Positions 60,279-64,000 of a stretch of DNA of 64,000 nt are shown here, in pieces. A program made the translations under genes and the position numbers. The notes under the pieces were generated by a model that had not been told where the DNA came from, searched no databases, and saw nothing but the letters and a program-made list of their open reading frames with translations. Each line of letters starts with the position of its first letter. Position 1 is the first letter of the stretch. Source of the DNA: an uncultured Staphylococcaceae bacterium. Its GTDB lineage: Bacteria; Bacillota_I; Bacilli_A; RFN20; CAG-826. The DNA lies in contig CAYMRJ010000001.1 of the NCBI GenBank assembly GCA_964392865.1, forward strand, positions 7,037 through 71,036. The letters are read 5' to 3'.

Positions 60279-61978
60279 CTTAGATATTCCTTGAGTTCGA
60301 GATAGAGGCCCTTGGCCTTTTCTTCGAGGCCTTCGGCCATATCGCCCAAAGCCTCGACGTAGAACTTGATCTTCGGCTCGGTCCCCGAGGGACGGATGGC
60401 GATCCAGGAGCCGTTTTCCAAGAAAAGCTTCACGACTTCCGATTTCGGAAGGGTAAGTTCGCCTTTCTTGCCATGGTCGATATAAGTCCTCTTCCCGTAG
60501 TCTTCGATGCGATAGATGGGACTATCGCTAAGGATGCTCGGCGGATTCTCGTGGAGTTTATTCATCATGGCCTGCATGGTGGCGTGGCCGGTCGGGCCTT
60601 CGAATTCGAGCGAATAGGCCAAGGCCTTGTGGTAGCGGTACTTCTTCAGAAGATTATCGAAAGCGACGTCTAACCTTTCGCCTTTTAGAAGATGCCAAAG
60701 GGCCATTTCGCAATAGAGCAAGATGGCCTGGGTCCCGTCCTTATCGCGGACGAAGTCGGCGAGGAGGCACCCGTATGACTCTTCGTATCCGAAGATGAAG
60801 GTATAAGGGATGTGGGCTTCTTCCTTCTTGGCAATCGCATTCCCGATGAACTTGAAGCCGGTCAGGAAGGTTTCGGTACTGACCCCATAGCTATGGGCGA
60901 TCTTCCGCCCGAGGTCGCTGGTGACGACGGTGTCGTAGACGACCGCATCCTTAGGAAGCCTTCCCTGCTCCTTCCTTTGTGAAAGGACGTATTCGAGAAG
61001 GAGGGCCGCCGATTCGTTTCCGGTCAGCAGGCGGTAATCGCCTTGGCTCGAGAGATAGGCAAGTCCGACCCTGTCCCCATCGGGATCGGTCATGACGATG
61101 AGATCGGCCCCGATTTCCTTGGCCAGTTTCAACGGTTCGATGTAAGCGTCCGGATTCTCGGGGTTCGGCGATAGGGTCGCCCCGAAAGCCGGATCATGCT
61201 CGCATTGGGCCTTGACCGGATGGACGTCATAGCCAAGGTCACCGAAGACCCGCATGGCCGTCTCATAGGAAGCCCCGTGTTGCGGAGTATAGACGACCTT
61301 GAAGTTCTTCTTATCGAGATCGGGATTGAGTTGGATCCCTTCGCAGAGGCGGACATATTCGTCATCGACTTCTTTGCCGATGATCTCGGTGAGGCCGGGT
61401 TTATCGACCTTTTCGACTTCGATATTCAAAAGGTCGGGGTATTCGCCGATGAGTTCGGTGACGCGGGAGATCTTCTCGGGCACCAATTGGCAGCCCGTTT
61501 CGTCATAGACCTTGTAGCCGTTGTAGCGCTTGTCGTTGTGGCTGGCCGTCATCATGACGCCGCCGATGCAGTGTAGATAGCGGACCGCGAAACTGAGTTC
61601 CGGAGTCGGCCTAAGATCATCGAAGAGATAGGCCTTGAGGCCCATCTCGTTGAAGATCTTAGCAGAGAGTTCGCTGTACTCACGGCTATGGAAACGGTTA
61701 TCGTGGCTGATGGCGATGCCCCTAACCTTGGCTTCTTCCCCAAACTTTTCGATGAGGTAGCGGGCAAAGGCGACGGAAGCCCTCTTTACGGTCAGGGAAT
61801 TCAGGCGGTTGGTGCCGGGGCCCATGAGCCCCCTCATCCCGGCCGTCCCGAATTCGATGTCCTTATAGAAAGCATCGTCCAATTCTTCCTTGGACATCTT
61901 CCTGATGGCGGCCTTTTCTTCCTCGGTTACGGAATTGGAAAGGAGCCACTTTTCCGATAACTCTGCGATATTGCGCAT
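60275..61978 (-). CDS. Phosphoglucomutase/phosphomannomutase family (alpha-D-phosphohexomutase)
   Basis: Phosphoserine loop MTASHNDKRYNGYKVY and Mg loop MTDPDGDRVG. Confidence 0.9.
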   Translation of the reverse strand: MRNIAELSEKWLLSNSVTEEEKAAIRKMSKEELDDAFYKDIEFGTAGMRGLMGPGTNRLNSLTVKRASVAFARYLIEKFGEEAKVRGIAISHDNRFHSREYSELSAKIFNEMGLKAYLFDDLRPTPELSFAVRYLHCIGGVMMTASHNDKRYNGYKVYDETGCQLVPEKISRVTELIGEYPDLLNIEVEKVDKPGLTEIIGKEVDDEYVRLCEGIQLNPDLDKKNFKVVYTPQHGASYETAMRVFGDLGYDVHPVKAQCEHDPAFGATLSPNPENPDAYIEPLKLAKEIGADLIVMTDPDGDRVGLAYLSSQGDYRLLTGNESAALLLEYVLSQRKEQGRLPKDAVVYDTVVTSDLGRKIAHSYGVSTETFLTGFKFIGNAIAKKEEAHIPYTFIFGYEESYGCLLADFVRDKDGTQAILLYCEMALWHLLKGERLDVAFDNLLKKYRYHKALAYSLEFEGPTGHATMQAMMNKLHENPPSILSDSPIYRIEDYGKRTYIDHGKKGELTLPKSEVVKLFLENGSWIAIRPSGTEPKIKFYVEALGDMAEGLEEKAKGLYLELKEYLS

Positions 61979-61996
61979 ATACGCCGGAATTATATA

Positions 61997-62956
61997 TCAA
62001 AGGGAAGCCAGTAGACGCTTTAAAGCGTCTGGAATTTCGGCTTCGATCTTCTTACCATTCAGATAGCCAAGAGGCTCCTCCATCCCCTTGAAGGATAGGG
62101 AGTGGGCCAAGAGCCACTGGTAAGAGAGGCCGAACCTCTCCCTTATTTCCCGATTGAGGGCAAAATCCCCGTATTTCGGATCCCCGACGATCGGGTGCCC
62201 GATGCTACTTAGATGGACCCTGATCTGGTGGGTCCTTCCGGTCAATAAGCCGACCTCCAGCAAGGTATAGCCACCATATTGCTTGATGGGTTTATAGATA
62301 GTGAGGGCGCTTTGGCCGCCTTCGTTTATCGGAGTTACTTTCACGAGGCCGCTAGCGGCATCCTTCTTCAAGGGAAGGTCGATCTTCCCTTCTTCTTTGA
62401 CATAGCCTTTGACCAAGGCCAGATAGGTTTTGGAGATGCCCTTTCTTTCCTTGAAGGCTTCTTCGAGGCATTTGAGGGAAGCATCGTTCTTGCCATAGAC
62501 GACGAGGCCCCCGGTATTGCGGTCCAGCCTATGGGCCGGCGAAGGGACGAAGGAAGCCGATTTCGGATCGAACTCCCCTTTGAACGAAAGATATGAAAGG
62601 ACGGCCTCGGTCAAAGTCTTCCGCTTCTCCTTGCTATCGCCGTAGACGAGAAGGCCTTGGGGCTTATCGGCCACGAGGATGTTTTCGTCTTCGTAGGCAA
62701 GGCGGTAAGGGAAGGCCTTGGGTTCGATGGGCTTTGGTTTCTTGAAGTCAGATAGCTGCTCGTCGGTCACGTAGATCCGGACCGTATCGCCTTCGTGGAG
62801 GACATGGTCCTTGGCCACCCAGTGGCCGTTGACCTTGACGTCCTTCTTCCTGAAGGCCTTGTAGATATAGGAAAGAGGGGCGTCGCTAAGGAAGCGCCGG
62901 ACGAACTTCTCGGCCTTCATCCCCTCTTCTATGGCAGTGATCTTCTTCTCGACCAT
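61997..62956 (-). CDS. RluA-family 23S rRNA pseudouridine synthase (RluD-like, S4 N-domain)
   Basis: HRLDRNTGGLVVYGKN catalytic Asp motif and GRTHQIRVHL. Confidence 0.9.
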   Translation of the reverse strand: MVEKKITAIEEGMKAEKFVRRFLSDAPLSYIYKAFRKKDVKVNGHWVAKDHVLHEGDTVRIYVTDEQLSDFKKPKPIEPKAFPYRLAYEDENILVADKPQGLLVYGDSKEKRKTLTEAVLSYLSFKGEFDPKSASFVPSPAHRLDRNTGGLVVYGKNDASLKCLEEAFKERKGISKTYLALVKGYVKEEGKIDLPLKKDAASGLVKVTPINEGGQSALTIYKPIKQYGGYTLLEVGLLTGRTHQIRVHLSSIGHPIVGDPKYGDFALNREIRERFGLSYQWLLAHSLSFKGMEEPLGYLNGKKIEAEIPDALKRLLASL

Positions 62957-62963
62957 CGGGCAG

Positions 62964-62969
62964 ATTATA
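62964..62969 (-). promoter_or_regulatory. -10 hexamer TATAAT 7 nt upstream of the pseudouridine synthase ATG (leaderless-type)
   Basis: Minus strand reads gctcTATAATctgcccgATGgtc. Confidence 0.5.
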
Positions 62970-63062
62970 GAGCAAGCGAAAGGAAAGATGGCCTCCGGAG
63001 GCCTTCTCCGTTCCGAAAGGCGCCGCTTTGTAAGGATTTATTACGCCAAATGAAATTTTAAT

Positions 63063-63176
63063 GCGCCAACTTTGGCGCTTTAAAACCAAGAAGAGTACAA
63101 AGTACTCTTTCACCTTTTTGAAATTGCGAAAGGCCTAGAAGAAAAGAGGAGGGAGAGATAAGTGCCTCCCTTCCTC
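63063..63176 (-). terminator. Three consecutive hairpins with minus-strand T-runs (tandem terminators or a small RNA)
   Basis: GCGCCA-actt-TGGCGC (63063-63078). AGAGTAC-aaa-GTACTCT (63092-63108). GAGGAGGGAG...CTCCCTTCCTC (63146-63176), followed on the minus strand by TTTTCTTCT. Confidence 0.45.
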
Positions 63177-63186
63177 TTCTATCCGA

Positions 63187-63215
63187 TTGAAAAGCCTCTT
63201 GGGCCCTCCTATAAT
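63187..63215 (+). promoter_or_regulatory. Sigma-70-type promoter for tRNA-Ser
   Basis: TTGAAA (63187-63192), 17-nt spacer, TATAAT (63210-63215). The tRNA starts 10 nt later. Confidence 0.6.
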
Positions 63216-63225
63216 CGACACGCGC

Positions 63226-63316
63226 GGAGGAATACCCAAGAGGCTTAAGGGGCGGGCTTGGAAAGCTCGTAGGCTCTTAACCGGGCGCGAGGGTTCGAAT
63301 CCCTCTTCCTCCGCCA
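63226..63316 (+). tRNA. tRNA-Ser (anticodon GGA)
   Basis: GGAGGAATACCCAAGAGGCTTAAGGGGCGGGCTTGGAAAGCTCG...GAGGGTTCGAATCCCTCTTCCTCCGCCA. Anticodon loop TTGGAAA, long variable arm, encoded CCA. Confidence 0.9.
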
Positions 63317-63326
63317 GATTGGATTT

Positions 63327-63350
63327 AGCGCCTGCGGGCGTTTTCTTTTT
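63327..63350 (+). terminator. Intrinsic terminator after tRNA-Ser
   Basis: AGCGCC-tgcg-GGCGTT followed by TTTTCTTTTT. Confidence 0.5.
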
Positions 63351-63353
63351 GCC

Positions 63354-64000
63354 TTAGGCCACCGTGGTGATGATCAACGAGGTGATTTCGGCTTCTTCGT
63401 CCGCCAGGACCCAGAAGGTGTAGCTGCCGGCATCGAGGTAGACTTCGCTATAGGTGCGGCCTTCGCTAAGCGTGACCTTGCCGAAGCGATCGTAGACGGT
63501 GATGTATTCGTTGCGCCAACGGCTGACCTCGCCTTGCTCTTCCCCGTCGATGACGGTGGTGAGGAAGAGCTCCGTTTCGTAACTGGTCGTGATGCTGGCG
63601 TAGAAGGCTCTCCCCGTATAAGAAGGATCCATGATCTTCCTATAGGCGGCGGTGTAATCGCTTAGGGCGCTTTCGGTGTGGAGGTAGCTATAGTCGCCGT
63701 ATCCGTAGATATCGGCATAGAGGGCATAGCGGATGGAGTAACTCGAATTCTGGCTATCGTCATAGACCAGAGTCCCGTTGGCCCATTCCTGGTGGACGGT
63801 AGGCTCGCCGTAATAGAAGACGCTATTCTGGGTCAGCGAATCGATGACGATGGCATTCTCTAAGATATTGCCTTCGAAGTCGACGGCGATCCTGCTTTCG
63901 TAGACGTAATCGACGGCGGCCAATACATAGCCGTAATAGGAATCGAAGTCATAGCGGAACTGGTATTCCGTCACCGTGACGGTCGGGACCGACTTCGTCG
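63354..64000 (-). CDS. Tyr-rich hypothetical (probably secreted) protein, partial (5' end beyond right edge)
   Basis: The track ORF 63354..63974 begins at an internal GTG. The same frame stays open to position 64000 (..TKSVPTVTVTEYQF..). The C-terminal GSYTFWVLADEEAEITSLIITTV resembles a pre-peptidase C-terminal beta-sandwich (guess). Confidence 0.7.
   Translation of the reverse strand, partial: TKSVPTVTVTEYQFRYDFDSYYGYVLAAVDYVYESRIAVDFEGNILENAIVIDSLTQNSVFYYGEPTVHQEWANGTLVYDDSQNSSYSIRYALYADIYGYGDYSYLHTESALSDYTAAYRKIMDPSYTGRAFYASITTSYETELFLTTVIDGEEQGEVSRWRNEYITVYDRFGKVTLSEGRTYSEVYLDAGSYTFWVLADEEAEITSLIITTVA

Noticed and set aside
1-64000. Mycoplasma-type genetic code (TGA = Trp).
   Set aside because: Conserved genes are full length under the standard code. 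TGA also terminates several of them exactly at coupled ATGA/TGATG junctions (tetR, ABC, DUF1624, trpS, SDR).

Overview
64-kb chromosomal window from a moderately GC-rich, lipoprotein-rich Bacillota/Mollicutes-like bacterium. It uses the standard code: TGA is a stop, as shown by ATGA start/stop overlaps at 9798-9801, 29776-29779 and 34467-34470. I call 60 protein-coding genes. Two are partial at the window edges, and one is a 53-aa micro-ORF missing from the ORF track. I also call five tRNAs (Gln-CUG, His-GUG, Glu-CUC, Gly-GCC, Ser-GGA), one decayed gene remnant, and a set of intrinsic terminators and promoters. I found no rRNA, CRISPR array, transposase or integrase. Housekeeping genes: udk, gltX, rdgB, trpS, coaD, rsmD, def, rnj, maf, rex-adhE, spx, uppP, a phosphohexomutase and an RluA-family pseudouridine synthase. 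Accessory genes: copA, an asymmetric heterodimeric ABC exporter, MFS, vsr, GH43, a GT4 glycosyltransferase and many Tyr/Asp-rich lipoproteins. Most notable findings: (1) two paralogous M6-like lipoprotein metalloproteases bracket an operon of two large surface proteins with no recognisable domain (50.3-58.5 kb). (2) An unlisted His-run/Gly-Pro-repeat microprotein has a strong SD and its own terminator (7012-7173). (3) Low-GC orphan non-coding islands lie at 8.0-8.6 kb, 19.0-19.6 kb and 21.9-22.4 kb; the latter two are next to tRNA genes and share a 29-nt motif. (4) A four-gene coupled operon links a membrane protein and a Zn-ribbon/Sel1 protein to the ABC exporter. (5) A -10 hexamer sits 6-10 nt upstream of the start codon, with no SD, at many first-in-operon genes, suggesting widespread leaderless mRNAs. 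The long antisense ORFs in the track are treated as codon-bias shadows.
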